Shown here piece by piece: positions 10,439-19,519 of a stretch of 64,000 nt of DNA. Source of the DNA: Bdellovibrionales bacterium (GTDB lineage Bacteria > Bdellovibrionota > Bdellovibrionia > Bdellovibrionales > Bdellovibrionaceae); NCBI GenBank assembly GCA_031370005.1, contig JANMPT010000024.1, forward strand, positions 1 through 64,000, read 5' to 3'. A program made the position numbers and the translations under genes. Each line of letters starts with the position of its first letter. Position 1 is the first letter of the stretch. The notes beneath the pieces were generated by a model that searched no databases, had not been told where the DNA came from, and worked only from the letters and a program-made list of their open reading frames with translations.

Positions 10439-11895
10439 GCCCGCGCAACCTGATTCGATTTGCATTATTGTTCTATTTGGTTTTTCCATTCATTTTTTTG
10501 TTATCACACTTTCGCATTACAAACTGGCCTGAATGGAGTGAGCTTTTCTGGGCCTTTAAAAACTCTTTTTTACAGGCATTTTTTTCGGCCTTTTTCTCTT
10601 TGGTCTTGGGCACCTGGGTGGCCTTGGGTCTGATTTGCTTCACGGATGGTTTTCGGCGGCACTATCGAATGATTTTAGAGGTGCTCTGTCTGGTGCCAAA
10701 TTTTTTGCCACCGCTCTTTACTTTGCTTTCAATTCTGAATTTTATTGATCCTTTTCCAATGGGGATTGCTGGGATTACTATTGCTCACACGATAATTAAC
10801 TTCGGCCTGGTTGCGGTGATGCTCGCGGGTATTATCGAAAATAAAATCGGCAATCTTGCGGAGCTGGCTTATATCGAGGGGGCTTCGCGTTGGCAGTTTT
10901 TGCGCCAAGTGTTTTTACCAATTCTAAAGCACGATCTATTTTTACTGTTCCTTTTCGTTTTTGCAGTTTGCTTTGGAAGCTTTGCCGTTCCATTGATTGT
11001 TGGCGGGGGCAAAGGTACCACAATGGAGGTTTTGATTTACGAGAAAATTCGCCTTTCTAGCAACTGGAGTGAAGCCGTTGTCTTGGCGGTCATTCAGTCA
11101 GTATTTATATTTGGAGTTTCATTACTTGCTAAGCGTGGTAAGGCGATAAACTCGGATCGTATTGTAAACCTACGTATTCTTAGAATGTTTTCAGGTGTTG
11201 GGATTTTATTGTTGATAATGACTTTTGGATTTTTAGGTTATGCCCAAGGTGTTGTTGAGGGTTTCCGACAGATCAGCGCATTTTACGAGCTTCAGTCCCC
11301 TTTAATTTGGAATTTTTTTGGTAGTCTGTTAATAGGCACTTTTGTGGGGTTGCTTTCCTATGGGAGCTTGTTAGTGATTGCTTATTGTTGGCCGAAAGCT
11401 TGGTTCGAAAAATTTTTATCAGGTTACATGGCACCCAGCACGGCCCTCTGTTGTTTTGCCTTTTTAATTATGGGAACAAATGAATCGTTCTGGCCGTTTA
11501 TCAAAATTCCGCTCGCATTCAACTTGCTTTGTCTTGCAAGTCTTTATCGAATGGGATGGGATGGGACTTTGCGTTCTCTTGAGGGGCAGATTTCCATCGC
11601 CAAAACTTTGGGGGCTGAGACTTCGCAGATCTTTAAGGAAGTTTTACTTCCGCAGATTTCAAATAGAGCAGCTCTGTTTGCCGGAGTCGCTGCAGTCTGG
11701 GCCTGCGGCGACTATTCCGTTTCAAGAATTTTGGCGCATCGAGATCTATCTTTAGCAATGATGACCGAGACGCTGATGTCAAGCTATCGCCTTGGAATGG
11801 CCACAGTTTTGAGCTTGAGTCTTATTGTCTGTGGTGTGGTTTGTTTTTTCGTTATGATTGGAGTTGGTCGTGTCTTTGGTCGAAAATCTTTTTAA
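10405..11895 (+). CDS. thiP: Thiamine ABC transporter permease (two TM domains)
   Basis: Duplicated ABC permease with EAA-like loops, between thiB and the ATPase; start may be TTG 10435. Confidence 0.82.
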   Translation: MVRDPSRRRELSPRNLIRFALLFYLVFPFIFLLSHFRITNWPEWSELFWAFKNSFLQAFFSAFFSLVLGTWVALGLICFTDGFRRHYRMILEVLCLVPNFLPPLFTLLSILNFIDPFPMGIAGITIAHTIINFGLVAVMLAGIIENKIGNLAELAYIEGASRWQFLRQVFLPILKHDLFLLFLFVFAVCFGSFAVPLIVGGGKGTTMEVLIYEKIRLSSNWSEAVVLAVIQSVFIFGVSLLAKRGKAINSDRIVNLRILRMFSGVGILLLIMTFGFLGYAQGVVEGFRQISAFYELQSPLIWNFFGSLLIGTFVGLLSYGSLLVIAYCWPKAWFEKFLSGYMAPSTALCCFAFLIMGTNESFWPFIKIPLAFNLLCLASLYRMGWDGTLRSLEGQISIAKTLGAETSQIFKEVLLPQISNRAALFAGVAAVWACGDYSVSRILAHRDLSLAMMTETLMSSYRLGMATVLSLSLIVCGVVCFFVMIGVGRVFGRKSF

Positions 11896-12520
11896 AAATT
11901 ACGGTGATTTTAAAATCGACATTCCTAGTTGGGAGATTTTGGACGAAGGAGTCACTGTCCTTTGGGGGCCATCGGGTTCGGGGAAGACTTCAGTGTTTCG
12001 ACTTCTTGTTGGTTTGGAAAAGGCATCAAATTTTAAATGGATTTTTTTAAATCATGATCTTGCGAAGATGGCGGTTCCGCAAAGACGTCTTGGCGTCGTC
12101 TTTCAGACTTTAGATTTGTTTCCACACATGACGGCGGAAGCGAATATTTTATTTGCGGCGAAGGCCCGAGAAATTCCCATGGAGCAAGCTTATGATAAGC
12201 TTCGAGAGCTGACTCAAGTTTTACAGATGCAATCTTTTTTAGATCGTCCCGTTCGAGTGCTGTCGGGCGGTGAGAGGCAGCGAGTCGCTATTGCCCGGGC
12301 GCTTAGTGGCGACCCTCGCGTATTACTCTTGGATGAGCCATTTTCAGCCTTAGATCAAGAACTGCGACAAGAGAGCCGAGCACTTATTAAAAGGGTCATA
12401 GAGAAAGAGAAAATCCCAACACTCTTAGTGACTCATGATCCATTAGACGTAGAGGTTTTGGCAAACAAAGTCAGCACTATCAAACATGGCCAAATTGTCG
12501 AGGACCGAATAATCAAGTAG
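11858..12520 (+). CDS. thiQ: ABC transporter ATP-binding protein
   Basis: GPSGSGKT, LSGGERQR, LLLDEPF, VTHD. Confidence 0.85.
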   Translation: MELVVSLVENLFKNYGDFKIDIPSWEILDEGVTVLWGPSGSGKTSVFRLLVGLEKASNFKWIFLNHDLAKMAVPQRRLGVVFQTLDLFPHMTAEANILFAAKAREIPMEQAYDKLRELTQVLQMQSFLDRPVRVLSGGERQRVAIARALSGDPRVLLLDEPFSALDQELRQESRALIKRVIEKEKIPTLLVTHDPLDVEVLANKVSTIKHGQIVEDRIIK

Positions 12521-12647
12521 AAGCAAGTCTAATTTTTGACTTTTCCGTAATTCTAGCAAGTGCAATATCCTCATCGGGAAATTTTCATAGAAATGTGATA
12601 ATCTAGGCGTTGGTGTTCATGCACACATGTGTTAGTTCCAATTCTTT

Positions 12648-13331
12648 ATGACTAAAAGACAATTGGTGTACTTTCTACTACCATTCTTATTGCTGGGTTG
12701 CTCGGGGCGCTCAGGCGGCGAGTCTTTGCCTATGGTTATGCCGACAATTTATTACAAGCCGATTATCTACAAGGCAAAAGAAACCTGCATAAGTTCGGAG
12801 CTCAGGGACCTAGTAGATGAGAATGACAAGGTTTTGATGTCCCTGTGTAAGAAGTCTTATGACAATTGTTTATTACAGGGATCTTGCTTTGTAGTCGAAA
12901 ATGAGAAGACACGGGCCTTTAATTTTACTAAAAAGAAAGACGGCATTTATCGGTTCGCTGAGGGAAAAGAGGATCGCTGCCCGTATGGTTATGGTGTACA
13001 GGCGATTTGCTTAGACCCTTTTTATTCCATAGCCGCAGATCTCACTATTCACAAGCTTGGCGGCGTAATCTATATCCCAAAACTCGTTGGCATAGTGCTC
13101 CCAGATGGAAGCAGGCATAATGGTTACCTTGTTATCCGTGATGAAGGCGGAGCCATTGTGGGGGAAGACCGCTTTGACTTTTTTACAGGCTTTTTCGGAC
13201 CCTATGATCAAAACAACGTATTCGCCGTATTAGGATTTGGAGACAAAAAGCATCGCTTCGGATATCAGAAGGTAAGTGAAGATATCGCGAAAATGGTTAG
13301 GAAATATCGGAATTACCCTAATATTCCATAA
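12648..13331 (+). CDS. 3D-domain (MltA-like) lipoprotein, putative lytic transglycosylase
   Basis: LLLGC lipobox; SIAAD...DEGGAIVGEDRFDFFTG three-Asp pattern. Confidence 0.75.
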   Translation: MTKRQLVYFLLPFLLLGCSGRSGGESLPMVMPTIYYKPIIYKAKETCISSELRDLVDENDKVLMSLCKKSYDNCLLQGSCFVVENEKTRAFNFTKKKDGIYRFAEGKEDRCPYGYGVQAICLDPFYSIAADLTIHKLGGVIYIPKLVGIVLPDGSRHNGYLVIRDEGGAIVGEDRFDFFTGFFGPYDQNNVFAVLGFGDKKHRFGYQKVSEDIAKMVRKYRNYPNIP

Positions 13332-13341
13332 GTGAAAAGGC

Positions 13342-13626
13342 CTATTGGCCCCGTCCTTTTTTGCCATAGAACTTTCTTCGCAAATCGACTGTAACTTGGC
13401 TGATCATTGTTTCGAGGGTGATAGCGAAAAGTGTATCAGGGGGTATTTGATAAAGTTCGCTGAGCTTCCTTAGGGTCTGGATAGGGGGGCTTGAAAGTCC
13501 CCTTTCCCAATTAGAAACGAATTGCGCTGATGTATAGCTCAGCTTTTTTGCAACGTCCATTTGGGAGTGCCCGGATGCGATTCTTTTTTCTCTTAGAAAA
13601 CCTGCGAGTAGTTTGCTTTCTTTCAT
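13342..13626 (-). CDS. XRE-family HTH transcriptional regulator
   Basis: SQMDVAKKLSYTSAQFVSNWERG. Confidence 0.9.
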   Translation of the reverse strand: MKESKLLAGFLREKRIASGHSQMDVAKKLSYTSAQFVSNWERGLSSPPIQTLRKLSELYQIPPDTLFAITLETMISQVTVDLRRKFYGKKGRGQ

Positions 13627-13791
13627 ACTTGGTCCTATGCCTCTAGTTGTGTTACGTCAGTGTTGCTATTTTTAGTATGACTATCTTAATTATTTATGAT
13701 CATAAAAACACAACATCCTTGTAATTGATAAGAAGCCATCAAACCAGAAAAAAATTTTCATGAGCAAATTTTCTATTCTAAGGGGTCATAC

Positions 13792-15096
13792 TTGTGCACT
13801 CAGATCGTTTTTAAAGGCAGGATTGTAAAGATATTCTTGATAATGATTATCTTGCTCAGCTTGCCGGCACCCGGCCATGCTAGGGTGAGTTCTAACTCCA
13901 GCTGTTATTGGTTAGATCAGCAGGGATCAGTTGCTCAAGGGGAGCACGCTGAGGAGCTTTTTGAAATAGCCTCAGTTTCTAAAGTAGTGACATCCTATTG
14001 GGCAATTCGCGCGCTTGGACCATACTTTAGGTTTAATACTCGTATTTATATTACGCCGGTTGGAAGAGATATTTTTGACGTCCACATCCAAGGATCCCAT
14101 GATCCGTTTTGGGGCCGTCAACTGACGCATATGTTATTCTCTGAACTCAATAAAAATGGCGTCCATGAGGTCCGCAGTCTGACTTTTGACGAAAACCTTA
14201 ATTTCCGTTGGTCAGTAGTCACCGATAATACCCAAATAATAGAGCCTATGCCTCAAGAGATTGAGGTGGCCCTTGGGAGACATTTGAAAAATTTGGCGAC
14301 GGAATACCCCAGCACACGTCAAGAGGCTGCGGCTCTTGGTCTGTCGTTACTGAGGGTCCTTGATTTAAAAGTTCAATCTGTTGTCTATCTTCCGAGTAAA
14401 GACTTTAAAATTACCCCCGAGACAGTCGCCTATACTTTGAGGTCAGCGCCCTTATATCGCTATCTAAAAGAAATGAATTCAACTTCAAATAATCATGTAG
14501 CAGACCATATTTTTTCTAACTTGGGGGGAGTCGCGAGATTTAAGAGCTTTATTCAGCAGGATATGGGTATGGATTCAAATCATATCCAATTTATTAATGG
14601 CTCCGGAAATCCAGTCATCGGAACAGGGGAAAGTGGAGCCCTCATTAAGGAATATAATAAGGCTTCTTGTGTAAGCATTTTGCGCATTCTTATTAAAATG
14701 CACGGCGAGCTTCAGGGCAGGTCGGGCTTGGACTTAAAGGATGTGATGGCGGTGTCTGGGGCTGATCACGGAACCTTGCGTCCACGTTACGATTCAATTA
14801 GCAATGTTATGGTGGCTAAAACCGGCACCGTGGATCCAGCTGTGAATTTGGCCGGTATGATTTCAACGACTCAAGGGAATGTGTATTTTGGAATGCTCAT
14901 GGGCACAAACAGCCCAGTCGATTGGGAAAGTGCGAGGGACAAAATACGGCAAAAAGTTTTTGATTTACTAAGCTTATTTGGCGGCGGTAAAAGCATAAAT
15001 TATACGGGGCGCGATTTTATGCCCTTTGACCAACACTCTGGAATGACAATAGAAACTCAGCTTCCAGATCAAAATGAGTCAAACTCTTCACACTGA
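13792..15096 (+). CDS. dacB: D-Ala-D-Ala carboxypeptidase/endopeptidase, PBP4 (peptidase S13)
   Basis: SxxK (ASVSK), SxN (SNN), NGSG, KTG (AKTGT); signal peptide; start uncertain. Confidence 0.88.
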   Translation: MCTQIVFKGRIVKIFLIMIILLSLPAPGHARVSSNSSCYWLDQQGSVAQGEHAEELFEIASVSKVVTSYWAIRALGPYFRFNTRIYITPVGRDIFDVHIQGSHDPFWGRQLTHMLFSELNKNGVHEVRSLTFDENLNFRWSVVTDNTQIIEPMPQEIEVALGRHLKNLATEYPSTRQEAAALGLSLLRVLDLKVQSVVYLPSKDFKITPETVAYTLRSAPLYRYLKEMNSTSNNHVADHIFSNLGGVARFKSFIQQDMGMDSNHIQFINGSGNPVIGTGESGALIKEYNKASCVSILRILIKMHGELQGRSGLDLKDVMAVSGADHGTLRPRYDSISNVMVAKTGTVDPAVNLAGMISTTQGNVYFGMLMGTNSPVDWESARDKIRQKVFDLLSLFGGGKSINYTGRDFMPFDQHSGMTIETQLPDQNESNSSH

Positions 15097-15125
15097 AATA
15101 ATCACCAAAAACGGAATAATTAAAC

Positions 15126-15152
15126 TCAAGTTTTGACGCAATGCGCCGAAAA
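15126..15152 (+). promoter_or_regulatory. Sigma-28 (FliA) promoter of flagellin 1
   Basis: TCAA-N15-GCCGAAAA. Confidence 0.7.
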
Positions 15153-15256
15153 GAATCTAGACTGCTAGGCAAAGGTCTTATTGGGTTATCTTGTGGGCGC
15201 TTTTTTCCCTCCAAATGTCTCAGGGCGAGGCACTCGAGGAGGGGGAGGTAGCTTCT

Positions 15257-16081
15257 ATGTTACGTGTATCACCAGTATCGGCTTCGTTGATGGCGCAACG
15301 CTATTTGGGCCTAACTCAGCGTGCAACTGAAAAGGCCATGAAAGATCTGGCATCTGGGACCCGGTTTAGTACGCCGGGAGCAGATGCGGCTGGGGCCGCA
15401 ATTGCAGAGCAGCTCCAGGGACAGGTTAGAGGCCAGAAGGCGGCACTAAATAATGCCGACAATGCCACGAGTTTTATTCAAGTGGCTGAGGGAGCTCTGA
15501 ACGAGCAAAACAACATATTGATTCGATTGCGTGAGTTAGCCGTTCAGGCAGCTAGTGATACCTATTCAGATCAAGAACGTGGGTATCTGAATGACGAATA
15601 TACTCAGCTTACTCAAGAGCTAGATCGCATAGCTAAAACAACAAGCTTTGGAACGACGGCATTGTTAAACGGACATTCAAAGAATTATGAATTCCAAGTA
15701 GGTACGAGCAGCGGTAATGACAGTATTATTCGCTATAACTCAGACACAAACACGACCTCCTCAGAGTTGGGAATCAGTGGCGGCACGGTCGAGACTAAAA
15801 GCGATGCCCGCAGCAATCTCAACGACCTTGACGAGGCAATGTCGAAGGTTGCTTCAGCTCGTGCAAAATATGGCGCGGTTCAATCCCGCCTAGATAGTGC
15901 TGCGAACAACTTGGCAGTGGGAATTGAAAACATCACAGCCGCACACTCACGAATGGCTGATACTGATGTCGCCCAGGCAGTAAGTGATGTTCGCCGTGGG
16001 CAGATTTTACAGCAATACCAAGCTTCGGTTCTTTCTCAAGCCAACAGTGGCAACGAAGTTTTGCTACGACTTATTGGTTAG
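15257..16081 (+). CDS. fliC: Flagellin (divergent paralogue)
   Basis: IQVAEGAL, RLRELAVQAA, GAVQSRL, SRMADTDVA; SD GGAGG before ATG 15257. Confidence 0.93.
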   Translation: MLRVSPVSASLMAQRYLGLTQRATEKAMKDLASGTRFSTPGADAAGAAIAEQLQGQVRGQKAALNNADNATSFIQVAEGALNEQNNILIRLRELAVQAASDTYSDQERGYLNDEYTQLTQELDRIAKTTSFGTTALLNGHSKNYEFQVGTSSGNDSIIRYNSDTNTTSSELGISGGTVETKSDARSNLNDLDEAMSKVASARAKYGAVQSRLDSAANNLAVGIENITAAHSRMADTDVAQAVSDVRRGQILQQYQASVLSQANSGNEVLLRLIG

Positions 16082-16103
16082 TGTTTGTCATAAAGCCCTC
16101 CAA

Positions 16104-16125
16104 AGGTCCAGGGACCCCTGGACCT
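16104..16125 (+). terminator. Hairpin downstream of flagellin 1
   Basis: AGGTCCAGGG/CCCTGGACCT inverted repeat. Confidence 0.5.
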
Positions 16126-16217
16126 AAGTCCACAAAAAAATATTTTTTTATATTTCCTTATCTCAATAATTTCACAGACAAGACGCGTAGCGTCTAAATA
16201 ATCCTAGACTAAGGGCC

Positions 16218-16244
16218 TAAAGTTTTCAGGACTAAGGCCGAGAA
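16218..16244 (+). promoter_or_regulatory. Sigma-28 promoter of flagellin 2
   Basis: TAAA-N15-GCCGAGAA, near consensus. Confidence 0.85.
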
Positions 16245-16466
16245 GTAATGCATACACGTTGGAGCTAAAACCTCTGGATCTTTGTTCTAGCAGTCACTCG
16301 AACAAAACCTCCTTAGGCGGATAGCTCGCCTCACTCAAGGGTCAGTCACCCCGAGAGTGAGTGCGGGCCCGCTCCTTCTAAAAAAAGTTTTTTATACATT
16401 TTTAGAACTCCAGCGCGAGCTTCGGTGGGTCGGAACCGCGTTGGCTTATATCCTAAGGAGGATTTT

Positions 16467-17291
16467 ATGGGCTTAAGAATTCAGACCAATATGGCATCTA
16501 TTTCGGCACAAAGGGTGTTGTCGGTTCAGCAAAAAAGAGCTGAACACGCCGCCGCCGCTCTGGCTTCTGGATCGCGCATTGTGCATGCGGCAGACGACGC
16601 TGCAGGCTTAGCGATTTCGGAGAATATCCGCGGTCAAACGCGCGGTATTGCGCAAGCAAGGAACAATGCGTTCAATGCGACTTCAGCGATTCAAGTCTCT
16701 GAGGGTGGGTTGAATGAGATCAGTAATATCCTAATTCGATTGCGTGAGTTGGGCGTACAAGCCGCATCTGACCATATCGGGGATCGTGAACGTGGGTTCC
16801 TAAACTTAGAGGCCACGCAGCTAACTCAAGAGGCCGATCGTATAGCCAAAACCACAGTATTCGGTGATAAAAAGCTCTTGGATGGTTCCGGTGGAAAAAT
16901 GGAATTCCAAGTAGGTGCCTTTGGTACTAAGGAAAACGTTATCAGCTATGATATGGGAAACAATGCAACCGCTTCAGAGTTGGGAATAGAGGGGTTGTCC
17001 GTCGATAATAAAGGGGACGCCCGCGAAGCGCTGAGAACAGTCGATGATGCCCTTGTGAAAGTGAGCTCACTGAGAGCGAACTTCGGAGCCGTGCAAAGTC
17101 GATTGGATTCAACGGTAAGCAATTTGGATATCCAATATGAAAACTTATCTGCCGCGAACTCTCGTATTCGCGACACAGACGTCGCGAAAGAAAGTTCTGA
17201 GATGATGTCGGCGAATGTTCTGCAACAAGCTGCAGTCTCGGTGTTGGCTCAGGCCAATCAAACTCCGGCAGTTGCATTGAAGCTCTTATAA
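16467..17291 (+). CDS. fliC: Flagellin
   Basis: MGLRIQTN, LASGSRI..AADDAAGLAISE, SRIRDTD; SD TAAGGAGG. Confidence 0.97.
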   Translation: MGLRIQTNMASISAQRVLSVQQKRAEHAAAALASGSRIVHAADDAAGLAISENIRGQTRGIAQARNNAFNATSAIQVSEGGLNEISNILIRLRELGVQAASDHIGDRERGFLNLEATQLTQEADRIAKTTVFGDKKLLDGSGGKMEFQVGAFGTKENVISYDMGNNATASELGIEGLSVDNKGDAREALRTVDDALVKVSSLRANFGAVQSRLDSTVSNLDIQYENLSAANSRIRDTDVAKESSEMMSANVLQQAAVSVLAQANQTPAVALKLL

Positions 17292-17533
17292 TTAAAATAC
17301 TTATTGAATGAATTCGGAATGCATATTGATAAGCCTGTGAAAATAATTACTCACAGGCTTATCATACCCTTAAGAAAGCTTTTGTCTTTGAGGACGAGAT
17401 ATTTGAAGAGATAGTGCAAAGGTCTAATTTGCACTATCTCTTGAGGTAGAATTTAAAAGAGCTCCAGTGGGAATGGAGATCTAACTATTATTACGAAACG
17501 AGTAGTCGCCCACAAAACCTACTCTTAAGCCCG

Positions 17534-17567
17534 CCCCGGGAGATGAAAGTCTCTCGGGGTTTTTTTT
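17534..17567 (+). terminator. Rho-independent terminator
   Basis: CCCCGGGAGA-TGAAAG-TCTCTCGGGG followed by T8. Confidence 0.8.
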
Positions 17568-17726
17568 GGGCAGGACCTTCCATTAGTCTTGTCAGATCTC
17601 GACGGGACTCTTGTCCATTAAGTTTTGTACTGGACCTTGATCCAGAAAATACAGCATAAAAGCCTTGATTTCCCAAACCTTTGTCTAGTTCACCTACGAC
17701 GATAGTCCAGTTTTGCCCGACGAGAC

Positions 17727-17753
17727 TAAAGACTTCCACGACCTCGCCGAAAG
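17727..17753 (+). promoter_or_regulatory. Sigma-28 promoter of flagellin 3
   Basis: TAAA-N15-GCCGAAAG. Confidence 0.8.
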
Positions 17754-17922
17754 GAAAGGACAAGCAACGACGACACCTCGACCCGGAAAAGCCGAGAGGG
17801 ACTTAAGGAGTGACTGCCGAGAGTTCATCGCTATCAGGTTCCAAGGCAAGAAGTGAAGTCACCAACGTGTATAACCGGCGGCCGAGTAGGTTACAAGGCC
17901 GCCACAAAAAATGGAGGTTCCC

Positions 17923-18756
17923 GTGGGAATCAGAATTTCGACGAACGTAGCAGCGCTTAATGCACAACGAACAATGGCTGGTGGACAGCGTGAAATCCAA
18001 AAGAGCATGGCTCAATTGGCTTCCGGTTCCCGTATCACTAAATCCGCAGATGATGCTGCTGGTTTAGCAATCAGTGAAAATTTAAAATCACAGATTAGAA
18101 GCTATACTCAGGCTCAACGAAATGCCAACGATGGTATATCTCTAGTACAAACTGCAGAGGGTGGTTTGAATGAGGTGAGCAATATTTTAACTCGAATGAG
18201 AGAGCTTTCTATCCAAGCTGCTTCAGACACAGTGTCTGACCGTGAGCGAGGATTCACTGACAAAGAGGTTCAACAACTTAAACAAGAGATGCAACGTATA
18301 GCTGAGACAACTCGCTTCGGTAATACTAAGCTTCTTGATGGTTCTGGTGATCATTTTGACTTCCAAGTTGGCATTAACAATAATGATAGCGAAGATCGTA
18401 TCAAGTTTGATGCTTCTGCAACCAATGCACAGATTGACAACTTGGGTGTTGCTGGTTTTGACTTTAACTCAAAAGAGGGTGCTCAGGGCGCCTTAGCAAA
18501 AATTGATAGTGCACAATCTCAAGTGAATGGTTATCGCGCAACACTTGGGGCACTACAAAACCGACTCCAATCTACATCTGACAACCTGGGTGTGATGAAT
18601 GAAAATATCTCAGCTGCGAATTCTCGTATCCGTGATACAGACATCGCTGCTGCGACTTCTGAGATGACAAGAAACAGTATTCTTTTAAATGCGAATACAA
18701 GCGTTCTTGGTCAAGCAAATCAAGTTCCACAACTTGCTTTGAAGCTTCTTGGATAA
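17923..18756 (+). CDS. fliC: Flagellin (most canonical copy, possibly the major one)
   Basis: GIRISTNVAALNAQR, SADDAAGLAISE, NANDGIS, GALQNRL; GTG start with SD GGAGG. Confidence 0.97.
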   Translation: MGIRISTNVAALNAQRTMAGGQREIQKSMAQLASGSRITKSADDAAGLAISENLKSQIRSYTQAQRNANDGISLVQTAEGGLNEVSNILTRMRELSIQAASDTVSDRERGFTDKEVQQLKQEMQRIAETTRFGNTKLLDGSGDHFDFQVGINNNDSEDRIKFDASATNAQIDNLGVAGFDFNSKEGAQGALAKIDSAQSQVNGYRATLGALQNRLQSTSDNLGVMNENISAANSRIRDTDIAAATSEMTRNSILLNANTSVLGQANQVPQLALKLLG

Positions 18757-18892
18757 TTATTGAATTAGCAATTAAGAATTAATTTATGAAGTTTCGAGAG
18801 GGTGCTCCATGCCCTCTCGGTACCAACCTACCAGGAGAGTTCTTTTTTTGGGGCTCTCTTGGGTACTTAGGGCTGGTTTTTTGTTTTGAGTT

Positions 18893-18919
18893 TAATCAAT
18901 TGGTAACTGGTACCGATAA
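18893..18919 (+). promoter_or_regulatory. Sigma-28-like promoter just upstream of flaG
   Basis: TAAT-N15-ACCGATAA. Confidence 0.5.
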
Positions 18920-18927
18920 GTAGTTTG

Positions 18928-19305
18928 ATGAATATCAAAGGCCTTTTCGGAAACATTCTGCCAACAGGTCCGCTTCGCCCGATTGCGAAAGTTGAGAAGG
19001 GGATTAAATCGGACTCAACTTCTGACCGCGATGCCAATGGGCAACAGGCCAGAGGAGACGAGCAGCCGCACCATGAGCCGATGTCGGATGAACAACTCCA
19101 AAAAGTTCTCGAGCAATTGCGAAATCTTTCGGGAGTGAAAGAACACAACTGGAGTGTTGAGCTCAGTGTGGTTGAAAACAAAAAATTTGCTATAGTGAAA
19201 GATACCAATGGGAACATCATCCGCCGTATTCCGGAATTAGATTTTTGGACTTTATTTCAGGGGAGCGAGTCCGGCAAAGGACAGCTTTTCAAGAAATCCG
19301 CATAA
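18928..19305 (+). CDS. flaG: FlaG-like flagellar protein
   Basis: VKDTNGNIIRRIPE motif; lies between fliC and fliD. Confidence 0.7.
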   Translation: MNIKGLFGNILPTGPLRPIAKVEKGIKSDSTSDRDANGQQARGDEQPHHEPMSDEQLQKVLEQLRNLSGVKEHNWSVELSVVENKKFAIVKDTNGNIIRRIPELDFWTLFQGSESGKGQLFKKSA

Positions 19306-19519
19306 TTAGGTCTCGACCAGACTGAAATTACTTAACAATAGTCCAGATAAGCGTCAAAAATCCCTCTCTAAAGTAGCATTTTAGACTTTTTCGAACTTTG
19401 TCCAGGTCATTTGATTGACTCACGGTTTGGTAAATAATCTGAGAGAATAAAAGCATCAGAGCACATCTGATTTTAAGAACTAGGATGGTTTTTAAACACG
19501 AGTCAGGAGGACTCAAGAA

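Noticed and set aside
16251..16300. GGAGCTAAAACCTCTGGATCT loosely resembles part of a c-di-GMP-I riboswitch
   Set aside because: The GGCAAAC / GNRA-capped P2 arm is missing, so the class cannot be called
17491..18015. Minus-strand ORFs between and over the flagellins
   Set aside because: They overlap a terminator, a promoter and flagellin 3, with no protein-like features
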